Source of the DNA: an uncultured Bacteroides sp.
GTDB lineage: Bacteria; Bacteroidota; Bacteroidia; Bacteroidales; Bacteroidaceae
Direction: 5' to 3'
Assembly (NCBI GenBank): GCA_963676865.2
Contig: CAXXSS010000001.1
Coordinates: 477,378 to 501,377, forward strand
DNA: 24,000 bases
Below, piece by piece: positions 7,389 to 15,404 of the stretch. The position numbers were made by a program, and so were the translations under genes. How positions within the stretch are numbered: position 1 is the first letter of the stretch; every line of letters starts with the position of its first letter. The notes under the pieces are model-generated. The model was not told the DNA's origin. It made no database searches and was given only the letters and a program-made list of their open reading frames with translations.

Positions 7389-8453
7389 ATGTACATCATT
7401 GATAATATTACAGGAAATAATCATTATGCTGAAATCGAAAAGCTGGCTTCGATTTCGGATGAACTTGTTATTGTTAGTCCATTTTGTTTCGATGATTTTG
7501 GTGATTTTTTTGATCGAATCGTATCAAAGTCAAATATAAAATCAATAAAGTTGATAACGACATTACGAGATGATGAAGTCATTAGCAAAATAACTTCTAT
7601 ACTGTCATTTAATAAAGAATCAGATAAGCACAATATTAATAGTAGTATATTTGTAAACAACTATTTGCATGGTAAAGTTTATCTATTTAAGAATAATTCG
7701 ATTAATACACACGTAATTATTACTTCAGCGAATATAACGTACAATGGATTGAATAAAAATCATGAGTGGGGATATTGTTTATCTGACACTACTGAAATCA
7801 ATAATCTCGAAAAAAGCATACTAAGAACAATTGAATACGAATTATCAGATAGCATTATTAATCAAATTAAAGATAGGATTGATGCATGGAAAAGCAAAAA
7901 TCCAGACTACAGACCACCTAAATCGCCTAAAATAGAAACGGCTGATATTATTTTGTCAGAAACACACAAAATCAATATCCCTGATTCGATAAAAATATTT
8001 CTAAAACCTGTTGGTACAAAAGAAGATCCTATCATTAAACGTGATTTTTCAGATGAAACAAAACAATATTTCGCAAAAAGACCTAAAGCCATTCATAAAG
8101 ATGATATATTGATATCATACGCTGTTGGAAGAAAGAATATAGTTTCTGCATTTAGAGTCTTAAGCAATCAGCCTATAAAAAGAGAAGCTGATCGATGGCC
8201 TTGGTTTGTTGACGTTGAGAATATTACACCATATTATGGGAAATGTTGGTTTGAAAAACATCTGCATATTACTAATATCAAAAACACATACTTAGGATTA
8301 ACAAATAATTCTCCAATTACTAATAAAGGAGGGATTACTTACGGGTCATTAAGTAGAGGAGGGGATAAACTTTGTCTTGACAAAGGTTATGCTTTATATA
8401 TATTATCAGTAGTGTTAACTGAGGAGAAAAATATTTATGAAAACAAGATTTGA
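7389..8453 (+). CDS. PLD-superfamily (single HKD motif) nuclease with PUA/EVE-like C-terminal domain
   Basis: The HxK(x)4D..SAN motif LHGKVYLFKNNSINTHVIITSANITYNGLNKNHEWG (His94 codon 7668-7670, Lys96) occurs once. A single copy is the Nuc/BfiI-type arrangement, in which the protein acts as a homodimer. The C-terminal IFLKPVG..KRPKAIHKDDILISYAVGRKNIVSAFRVLS..RWPWFVDVENI resembles the beta-barrel pattern of EVE/ASCH/PUA-like domains (weak call). The TTG at 7368 in the ORF track is a less likely start than the ATG at 7389. Confidence 0.7.
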   Translation: MYIIDNITGNNHYAEIEKLASISDELVIVSPFCFDDFGDFFDRIVSKSNIKSIKLITTLRDDEVISKITSILSFNKESDKHNINSSIFVNNYLHGKVYLFKNNSINTHVIITSANITYNGLNKNHEWGYCLSDTTEINNLEKSILRTIEYELSDSIINQIKDRIDAWKSKNPDYRPPKSPKIETADIILSETHKINIPDSIKIFLKPVGTKEDPIIKRDFSDETKQYFAKRPKAIHKDDILISYAVGRKNIVSAFRVLSNQPIKREADRWPWFVDVENITPYYGKCWFEKHLHITNIKNTYLGLTNNSPITNKGGITYGSLSRGGDKLCLDKGYALYILSVVLTEEKNIYENKI

Positions 8454-9249
8454 AGAATGGATTAAGCGAATAGATATGGCTTGTGAAGCTATGGAACAAG
8501 TCGGTCAAACATATAATGGAGCTAAAAATGTTCCAAAGGAGCAATTCGTATTCCTTGATCTCCTAAAGAGGATAAAAGCGAATTTGAAAGGCTGTAGAGA
8601 TATGTTATTCGAGTTAACTAAACTCGATCCTGAAAAGGATAATTTTGAAAAGAAAATACCTCTATCTATTTTGCTACGGTCATGCCTTGCAGATGCTATG
8701 GTAGGCATGTATCTGGCACCATTGACCAAACAAGAGTTCGCAGAAGAACTTGATGTTATAAATCTTGATTTCGTACGGTATATGGGATCAATGATTCCAT
8801 TGGAAATCGAGCTGTATAACCGTCTGTCAGGAGAGAAAATAAACACTCAAGAGGAATTGGATATCAGGTATGACGAATTTTCTCGATTCTTATCATCAGA
8901 TAAGGGGAAACCGTGGACATACCATAAGGCATCGGTATTTAGAGGAGATAAAACGAATAACAAGAAAGTCGATTTTACATTTATACGGAAAAAATTGATA
9001 GAAAGTGAGATAGAGACACAAGCGTTTGCCTATATGTACAACTATTATCGTTATTATTCCCAATACGAGCATTTCACTTCCTTTGGCAGAGAAATCTGGA
9101 ATACCGAATTTGCGGAAGAGATTACTCGAATGGAGATGTCGCTTATATCTGTAATACATTCTTGTTACCTTATAGCTAAAAAATTACCAAAAGCTACGGA
9201 CGCTTTATTGAATCCATTCGTAGTGGTTATAAACTCCATTGTGCCATAA
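8437..9249 (+). CDS. Hypothetical, mostly helical protein, translationally coupled to the PLD nuclease (possible HEPN-like Rx6H motif)
   Basis: The ATG at 8437 overlaps the upstream stop (8451-8453) by 17 nt. There is no signal peptide. The only motif noted is YYRYYSQYEHF (R-x6-H) near the C-terminus, which is compatible with HEPN Rx4-6H but not diagnostic. Confidence 0.6.
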   Translation: MKTRFEEWIKRIDMACEAMEQVGQTYNGAKNVPKEQFVFLDLLKRIKANLKGCRDMLFELTKLDPEKDNFEKKIPLSILLRSCLADAMVGMYLAPLTKQEFAEELDVINLDFVRYMGSMIPLEIELYNRLSGEKINTQEELDIRYDEFSRFLSSDKGKPWTYHKASVFRGDKTNNKKVDFTFIRKKLIESEIETQAFAYMYNYYRYYSQYEHFTSFGREIWNTEFAEEITRMEMSLISVIHSCYLIAKKLPKATDALLNPFVVVINSIVP

Positions 9250-9303
9250 GATTCTCATTTTGATTATGCAGGACAAAGTTTTTTCAAGATAAAAGTATTA
9301 GAT

Positions 9304-10230
9304 ATGAATAAAATTAATAATCATTTTCCCGTTAATATATTGCTTCCAAATGCATCGCAGTTGTTTGAAATTCTATGTGATAAATATGAATTAACAAACA
9401 ACTTTGATAATGGTCTAAGTAAGAAATTAAAAAATGTATGTACAGACAATGCAATTAATGACATAGCTCAAATTCGTGAGCATTACGACAATGAAAATAT
9501 CAAGTATTATCAAATTGCTGTTTGGGAAAACTATTGCCAATTCTTATGGACAATATGCTATTCCTCAATGGTCTATATGGACGAACTTATTATAAAGCCA
9601 TTTCTTGATCCTAATATGAATCGTGATGATCTGCTACTGGAAAAAGCTACTAAGTTGTTTGAAGCCGGAATGAGTTTATTTCATTCTGATTCGACACTTC
9701 GTGCGAATATAAATGTGTTTTTTGAGTTGACAAATCCAATTGAAGACAAAGATGATAAATATGTGAAATCAGCAAACCTCTTATTTGAGGCAAGTCTGTG
9801 TTTTGTCTTATTTCATGAATATCATCATTTTAATTTGGGGCATATAGATAAAGAGCATGTCAAGAATGATGAGATTGAGGCTGATTTTTGTGCTTTTTTC
9901 TCTATGTATGGAGAGAAATCTCTTGAGAAAAGAAAATTCTCATCATTAGGTTGCATTATAGCCTTGTCTTCGCTGTTATTCGTAGATAATACATTAGATG
10001 GAGGAACGCATCCTGATCCTGATGATAGACTTAGTCTGATATTGAATAATATGGATGACTTAGACGAACAAGGGAAAGATTATTGCTATGGTATGGCCAC
10101 AACATTTTATAAAATGTGGGCATTTTATTATAAAGTAAAGGAAATCATACCAAAAGTAGATAAAGCTGAAAACTATAAAGAATATTTTAACATCATTCAA
10201 AAAGCTTTTAATGACTATAAAAAGAAATAG
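9304..10230 (+). CDS. HExxH zinc metalloprotease, Lit (peptidase U49)-like phage-exclusion protease candidate
   Basis: VLFHEYHHFNLGH (H171-E172-x-x-H175, nt 9814-9828) is followed by NDEIEADFCA and later GGTHPDPDDRL. As I recall it, E. coli e14 Lit (about 300 aa) has the same layout: HExxH, a downstream E-x-EAD, then THP..ER. The size (308 aa) agrees. The similarity is recalled from memory, not aligned. Confidence 0.55.
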   Translation: MNKINNHFPVNILLPNASQLFEILCDKYELTNNFDNGLSKKLKNVCTDNAINDIAQIREHYDNENIKYYQIAVWENYCQFLWTICYSSMVYMDELIIKPFLDPNMNRDDLLLEKATKLFEAGMSLFHSDSTLRANINVFFELTNPIEDKDDKYVKSANLLFEASLCFVLFHEYHHFNLGHIDKEHVKNDEIEADFCAFFSMYGEKSLEKRKFSSLGCIIALSSLLFVDNTLDGGTHPDPDDRLSLILNNMDDLDEQGKDYCYGMATTFYKMWAFYYKVKEIIPKVDKAENYKEYFNIIQKAFNDYKKK

Positions 10231-10256
10231 CTGACACATCAATCTTAAAATTCTCT

Positions 10257-10621
10257 TTACCAAGAACACATACCAAATCTCTGACCTTGACCATCAATTG
10301 ACCGCTGAGAGCGATTTGTATATTCTAAGAACCAACTCCACCTACCATCATGCCCTGCAACTTGGATAGCGGGACAATCACTTCGGAATCGATACGGGGC
10401 CCACCATAGCATAAGTGGGGCCGCCTTGGCTAGTTTCGGAGCATTCTTTTGAGATTTTTGTTGATGAGCGCGGTCATCACAGCAATAACCACCATTGCAG
10501 CTCCGATAGCAATCACTGCCCATGGATTGGCAAGTACTGATTTGAGAGCCATCTTAAAAGCAATAATCATCACGCCAAACTCTATCAGTTGTGCGCCGAT
10601 CTGCTTGAGGAAACTCGCCAA
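10257..10621 (-). pseudogene. Remnant of a phage tape-measure-like gene (two frames)
   Basis: The minus-strand piece ..QIGAQLIEFGVMIIAFKMALKSVLANPWAVIAIGAAMVVIAVMTALINKN has a hydrophobic TMP-like segment and ends in a stop. The following sequence reads in another frame as GGPRIDSEVIVPLSKLQGMMVGGVGS.. There is no intact ORF. The stretch is richer in G+C than its neighbours. Confidence 0.4.
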
Positions 10622-10769
10622 TTATAAAAGGATAGCTTTCATCAATCCGTCAAAGCCCAAATCTCCGGCAATGATTTTCACACACCTTTAGGGACACTTT
10701 TTGGAGTCAAATAGTTGGTAGATATTCCGCTTCGGAATCGAATCTTATTAACTAACAATATGAGCAGGT

Positions 10770-11132
10770 TTAAAGACTAATATTGTATTCTTGCAAAAAG
10801 GCTAGAAGATATTCACGTCTTTTATTTCTTGCTTCTAGGCTCTGAACATCTCTACTTTGTGATAGGAATATAATATATGTGCCTATTGATAATCTTTTCC
10901 CAGCATCATTAGCAATGATGGTCTCTTCACTATCTGACCAGCCTATAATTCGGTAAACATTTAAACCCTCCGATTTAACCTTTTCAAGATGATATCCCAT
11001 CCATGGTAACGCTTCGTTGCAATAGTTTGATTTTTTAGTATCAAATCCCCAATAATAAGCTGTGTGTTGAAAGAAATTTATAATAACTTTAGGATTCATT
11101 TTTACCATCTCAGCATGGGTTACTTGTAACAT
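10770..11132 (-). CDS. Hypothetical protein (possibly 5'-truncated)
   Basis: 120-aa ORF. The frame stays open for 39 further codons upstream (TGKSIENEILDSLGNDARAKEHQKLFADYFKPFKDIKAK) without an ATG, which suggests a truncated larger gene. No motif recognised. Confidence 0.4.
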   Translation of the reverse strand: MLQVTHAEMVKMNPKVIINFFQHTAYYWGFDTKKSNYCNEALPWMGYHLEKVKSEGLNVYRIIGWSDSEETIIANDAGKRLSIGTYIIFLSQSRDVQSLEARNKRREYLLAFLQEYNISL

Positions 11133-11413
11133 TTTCGCTTTTATATCTTTGAAGGGCTTAAAATAATCAGCAAAAAGTTTTTGATGTTCTTTTGCTCGGG
11201 CATCATTGCCTAAAGAATCGAGAATCTCGTTTTCTATACTTTTACCTGTCTAAATTATTAATTGTTCTCACAAAGAGAAGCAACTTCCTATGAAAAGACA
11301 TATCATAGGTATAAGAAAAAACACTCAATTTTTCAAGTTAATAATCTTATGAACCAATTTGGCATAGACAAGAATTACATTTGCAAAAAGTTTAAGAAGT
11401 TATTTTGAATTTT

Positions 11414-11745
11414 TAGAATAATAATAAGAAGATGAAACTGTTTCGAGTTCTTTTACCCTTTTACTCTATTGCATACCGCAAAAATATTTCCAGATAGAGA
11501 CAACATGGAAGAAAGGATTTGCCGTATACGCCATCACCATTGTTTTTGCTCTGATGCACATCACGAATTATCCTTTCCACCTACCCTACCTGCCTGTTTA
11601 TTGCCTGCTCGTATTGCCTCAATTCATACTGGGCAGTACTCTTGTATATTTCCGATTAAACCTAGGATTCTTCTATGGATATGGCTTTCATGCGCTGATC
11701 AACTTAATAGGATTCGGCTTGATGCTATCCAAATTATTCTTATAA
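11414..11745 (+). pseudogene. CPBP (CAAX/Abi-type) intramembrane protease remnant, truncated and frameshifted
   Basis: Frame 1 reads ..AVYAITIVFALMHITNYP..FFYGYGFHALINLIGFG, carrying CPBP motifs 2 (FxxxH) and 3 (HxxxN). The N-terminal EExxxR motif is absent. A different frame starting at ATG 11432 gives MKLFRVLLPFY.., possibly a decayed ..LFR.. of motif 1, and ends in a stop. Confidence 0.5.
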
Positions 11746-11935
11746 AAGCGCCCTTATATTTCTCTAAACACCCAAGTATTTTATAGCAGTTTTAATTGAT
11801 CTTTCTACTACCGATAAGAATTTATCGTAACAACATTTATTTACAATATAATTTATCAATATTATTTCCATTTACTGATTGGAAATAAAACACTTGCTAT
11901 ACAAGCCTGACATTACATGAATAGCATATAAAAAA

Positions 11936-11969
11936 GAACCGAACATTAAAAAATGTTCGGTTCCCTTTT
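11936..11969 (-). terminator. Rho-independent terminator downstream of the OMP gene
   Basis: A 12-bp perfect stem pairs gaaccgaacatt (11936-11947) with aatgttcggttc (11952-11963) around a 4-nt loop. On the minus strand it is followed by a T-run (complement of aaaaaa at 11930-11935). It lies about 30 nt after the stop at 11994. Confidence 0.65.
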
Positions 11970-11993
11970 ATATGACTACTTTCTTATTACAAA

Positions 11994-12617
11994 TTAAAAT
12001 TTGTAACCAACGTTAATGCTAAAATTAGAATTATATACTTTAGCACTCTCTTGAACTTTAAGCAATCCAAGTTCAAAACTACCACCTACAAGAAATTTAC
12101 CGAATTCAAGCCCGGCTTCAAAATTCAAACCGGCATCGAAACGTTTCATTCCAGGGAAGGTTTCACCCTCAACCTGTTCATCATCGAAAGTATTCCAATC
12201 AATGCTGACCGTTTGACCCCCAGAAGTTCCACTTGCTTTCGTTTTCCCAAAAATGCCATATGCAATGTAAGGACCTGCAGCAACAGTTAGATTTGTTTTC
12301 TCGGCTACTTTGAAACGGAACTGCACGTCAAGAGGCATATCCAGAAACCAAGCATTGCGTTTCAGATCACCTCCATTAATATCATATTTAGCTCCTTTAT
12401 GAGATAGATACAAAGTCGGCTGTAAAGATATCATATCGCTCAGTGGATATTCAACACCAAAACCGACACGACCACCAACAAGAGTTTTAGACTCATCAGA
12501 GTCACTTCCATGAAAATTACTTAAATTAAAACTACCTTTCACGATCGGAGTGATTTGAGCAAACGAAACCACCGAAATAAAGGTGAAAAGCACCGCAAAT
12601 AAAATTGATTTTTTCAT
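11994..12617 (-). CDS. Small outer-membrane beta-barrel protein (OmpA-like/porin-family barrel)
   Basis: It has the signal peptide MKKSILFAVLFTFISVVSFAQ, alternating amphipathic beta-strand pattern rich in G/Y/F, and a C-terminal ..NVGYKF ending in Phe, as is typical for OMPs. Confidence 0.8.
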   Translation of the reverse strand: MKKSILFAVLFTFISVVSFAQITPIVKGSFNLSNFHGSDSDESKTLVGGRVGFGVEYPLSDMISLQPTLYLSHKGAKYDINGGDLKRNAWFLDMPLDVQFRFKVAEKTNLTVAAGPYIAYGIFGKTKASGTSGGQTVSIDWNTFDDEQVEGETFPGMKRFDAGLNFEAGLEFGKFLVGGSFELGLLKVQESAKVYNSNFSINVGYKF

Positions 12618-12655
12618 TTTAAAAATTTTAAATTAATAATTTATGTTGAACGCGA

Positions 12656-12663
12656 CAAATATA
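12656..12663 (-). promoter_or_regulatory. Candidate -7 box for the OMP gene
   Basis: The minus strand reads tatatttg (TAnnTTTG), 39 nt upstream of the ATG at 12617. No convincing -33 element was seen. Confidence 0.3.
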
Positions 12664-13065
12664 GTAAAAATTTACAACCAATTTTAAATATTTGGACTTA
12701 AATAAATTAAAAACATGCATTTTCTATTATTCCCTATACATACAACAAGCGAAACTATTTAATAGTTTATACAAAGCACTACATTCTACACACAAAAGAA
12801 TGCTTTCTTTACCTGCTCAAAGATATTGTACTTGCCGAAAAATAGGACTGAGACATTACGTACTCCATCGTATTATTATTGGGAGTCGGACGCCAAACAA
12901 AAGATAGTGCAATATCGCAACAAAGTGTTTGAACTCGCCTCTAGAGCAGACCTTGAGTGCTTTTTATTTGGTTCATAAGGTTATAAGTCCTATCTTTATC
13001 GGCAATTAAACTAATTATTAACCCTAACGGAGACTTGTCTCCGGCCAAAAAGCATTTAATACAAG

Positions 13066-14442
13066 ATGAAAAAACGCTTTACTGCACCATTTATGGTGCT
13101 GATTATGCCCGCACTCCTATCGGCATGTATCAACCACATTAACGATGAAGTAGACAACAACCAAACGCAACCCGATGGCACTCGGGGTAGCGCAACGCTC
13201 AAGATTCAGACGAGAGCCGACAAAGGTGCTGCCGACAGCAAAGTGAGTTATCCCGTGCAACTCTATGTATTCAACTCGAGCGGAACATGCGCGGCTACCG
13301 CAACCATCGCTTCCGAAGCAGACCCCATTACTTTCACTCTGCCTACCGGTACCTACAGTGTGAGCGCCATAGCAGGCGCCGATGCCACAAGTTATCAACT
13401 GCCTTCGAAAGAAGAAGCGACCAAAAGCTCGTCCATCGTACTGCGCGAAGGTTACCGCCATGCCGATCTGATGACGGCGCGCAACAGTGTGGTGCTCGGC
13501 GAAGACGAGACCAATACACTGACCCTTTCGCTCACCCGGCAAGTGATGCAGCTCAGCGAAATCACCATACTCAAAGCACCCAAATCGTCGACCTCAGTCA
13601 AGGTCACCTTCTCTCCTCTCCACGGAGGCATAGGCATGGGCGGAACCTATAGCGGTAACGAAAGCAGCCACACCATCAATCTAGAGAAACAAGCCGATGG
13701 CACCACTTGGAAATCATCTTCGGCCGAATATCTGCTGGCACCCACCGACCAAGCCACCATTGCCGTATCCATCGCCTATTCCAAAGGAACCAAAAGTTTT
13801 TCCTATTCGTGCGGCAGCCAACTGCAAGCAGGCTACAAGCTCAATATCAAAGGGACTTATACTTCGAACACGGGCGTCACTCTTTCCGGTTCCATGACAG
13901 GAGTAGCTTGGCTGGGCGAACGTAGCATCGAATTCACTTTCGACGATGACGGCACTACCAACGGAAACGGGGGAACGACCGGCACTGGCACCGACAACTC
14001 CGGTCTAGTCGACCAAATTCCCTCCAAAGGTGACGTATACGCCGGATGTTGCATCTTCGCCGTCACCGAGCAAACAGAAAACAGCGCCACTCTCAAACTT
14101 CTCTCGCCGAAAGAGATTTCCGGAATAATCGATTCAGGATATACGACAGACCAGCTTCAATCGGCCATCCATACAAACATACCTCTATGCAGTGCGCTCG
14201 GCATTGACGGTTGGCGATTGCCCACGGAAGATGAAATAACGACCATATCCAACAACAATGGTTATATCAACCGTATGCTGAAAGAGGCAAATATCGCCCC
14301 AATTGCCGCAGGTTCTTATTTCCGACAGATGACCGACGGCAGCATCGGTGCTTACAACATCACATCCACCATCCATACAGGATACATAGACAAAAATACT
14401 CGCCTGCGCCCCGTAGCGACACTGAAAGTGAGACTCCGATAG
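13066..14442 (+). CDS. Surface lipoprotein, FimB/Mfa2-like fimbrillin N-terminal region with DUF1566/Lcl-like C-terminal domain
   Basis: The lipobox is MPALLSAC. ATLKIQTRADKG..VQLYVFNSSG..TFTLPTGTYSV..HADLMTARNSVVL..TNTLTLSLTRQVMQL is typical of Bacteroidales fimbrial-subunit-like proteins. A G/T-rich linker follows. The C-terminal GWRLPTEDEI..LRPVATLKV resembles DUF1566. Confidence 0.7.
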   Translation: MKKRFTAPFMVLIMPALLSACINHINDEVDNNQTQPDGTRGSATLKIQTRADKGAADSKVSYPVQLYVFNSSGTCAATATIASEADPITFTLPTGTYSVSAIAGADATSYQLPSKEEATKSSSIVLREGYRHADLMTARNSVVLGEDETNTLTLSLTRQVMQLSEITILKAPKSSTSVKVTFSPLHGGIGMGGTYSGNESSHTINLEKQADGTTWKSSSAEYLLAPTDQATIAVSIAYSKGTKSFSYSCGSQLQAGYKLNIKGTYTSNTGVTLSGSMTGVAWLGERSIEFTFDDDGTTNGNGGTTGTGTDNSGLVDQIPSKGDVYAGCCIFAVTEQTENSATLKLLSPKEISGIIDSGYTTDQLQSAIHTNIPLCSALGIDGWRLPTEDEITTISNNNGYINRMLKEANIAPIAAGSYFRQMTDGSIGAYNITSTIHTGYIDKNTRLRPVATLKVRLR

Positions 14443-14460
14443 AACGGAATTCTAAGGCTA

Positions 14461-14541
14461 TTTTTGCGTGCATTTCTTGCATTCGTTTCGAAGGCTTAGC
14501 AGGCTAAATCGAAAAACGAATGCAAGAGATGCACGCAAAAG
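14461..14541. repeat. Long imperfect hairpin (26-bp stem)
   Basis: tttgcgtgcatttcttgcattcgttt (14463-14488) pairs with aaacgaatgcaagagatgcacgcaaa (14514-14539). The single non-Watson-Crick position would be G-U in RNA. The loop is about 25 nt. No adjacent U-run on either strand. Confidence 0.7.
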
Positions 14542-14628
14542 AGAACAAAAAAGCTTCAAAAAGGGTTTACAGTATTATTTTTCTAAGATTCAAAACAGGT
14601 TCTAATAATTTATATTTATTTTTGCAAG

Positions 14629-15138
14629 ATGATAAAGACCGATCATATTCAGACATGCACTGTCCCCAACGACATTATGCTGGGAGAAATACGAAAGCTG
14701 GTTGCCGAAGGGCATCCCGTGAAATTTCGTGTGAGAGGGCAAAGCATGCTTCCGTTTATTGTAGGCGACAGAGACAGCGTAAGGCTGGTGAAGACCAACG
14801 TTTATTGCCCCCAAGATATTGCGCTGGCCGAGATACAGCCGGGACATTATGTGCTCCATCGCATTGTTTCGGTAACCGGACAGCAGCCCAAAGATTCGGT
14901 CATATTGATGGGCGACGCCAATCTGAAAGAACAAGAGCACTGCTCCGTAGGTGACTTGGCAGGCATAGTAGACCGCATTTTCCGCCATTGCAACGAGATA
15001 GACCCACACAGCCGCACAGAGCAAATGGCGGTATATTGCTGGCAGTTGCTCACGCCGCTTCGCCGATGGCTGCTTGCCGTCTATCGGCGCACCTATCTGC
15101 GGCATCAAAACAATAATTGCACCAACACGAAGATATGA
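14629..15138 (+). CDS. S24/S26-family (LexA/signal-peptidase-like) serine peptidase
   Basis: VRGQSMLPFIVGDRDSV (GxSMxP nucleophile motif) and HYVLHRIVSV match the S24/S26 core. The stop overlaps the next start (ATGA at 15135-15138). Confidence 0.7.
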   Translation: MIKTDHIQTCTVPNDIMLGEIRKLVAEGHPVKFRVRGQSMLPFIVGDRDSVRLVKTNVYCPQDIALAEIQPGHYVLHRIVSVTGQQPKDSVILMGDANLKEQEHCSVGDLAGIVDRIFRHCNEIDPHSRTEQMAVYCWQLLTPLRRWLLAVYRRTYLRHQNNNCTNTKI

Positions 15139-15404
15139 AAATCAAACAGGGCTTTTCTCTCCGCCAGATGGGAACAGATTGCATCGTGATCCCGAATGGA
15201 AGCGAAGTCATCGATTTCGACAACATCATCAGCCTCAACGCCACCGCCGTTTATCTGTGGAACGAGTTGCAGAATAGCGCGTTTGACAACGAAACGGCCG
15301 CACAGTTACTGATGCAGCGATACGCTCTCGACATCGACACGGCCCGTTGCGATGCGACGGTACTATTAGACAAATGGATCAAAAACGGCATTGTTGAAGT
15401 ATGA
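15135..15404 (+). CDS. PqqD-family (RiPP recognition element-like) small protein
   Basis: 89-aa product MKIKQGFSLRQMG..ISLNATAVYLWNELQN..TAAQLLMQRYALDIDTARCDATVLLDKWIKNGIVEV fits the PqqD winged-helix pattern. The start was chosen at the ATG 15135 overlap rather than at 15117. Its stop overlaps the ABC gene start. Confidence 0.65.
   Translation: MKIKQGFSLRQMGTDCIVIPNGSEVIDFDNIISLNATAVYLWNELQNSAFDNETAAQLLMQRYALDIDTARCDATVLLDKWIKNGIVEV

Noticed and set aside
12692-12907. 71-aa ORF between the OMP gene and the lipoprotein gene
   Set aside because: It has a non-ATG start and a low-complexity, Cys/Arg/His-scattered product, and it has no partner signals. It is probably intergenic.
14617-14624. 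tatttttg (TAnnTTTG match) just upstream of the S24-peptidase gene, considered as its promoter
   Set aside because: It ends only 4 nt before the ATG at 14629, which would require a leaderless or internal start. Comparison with the usual N-terminus of this peptidase family favours the 14629 start, so the box position is probably coincidental in a T-rich stretch.
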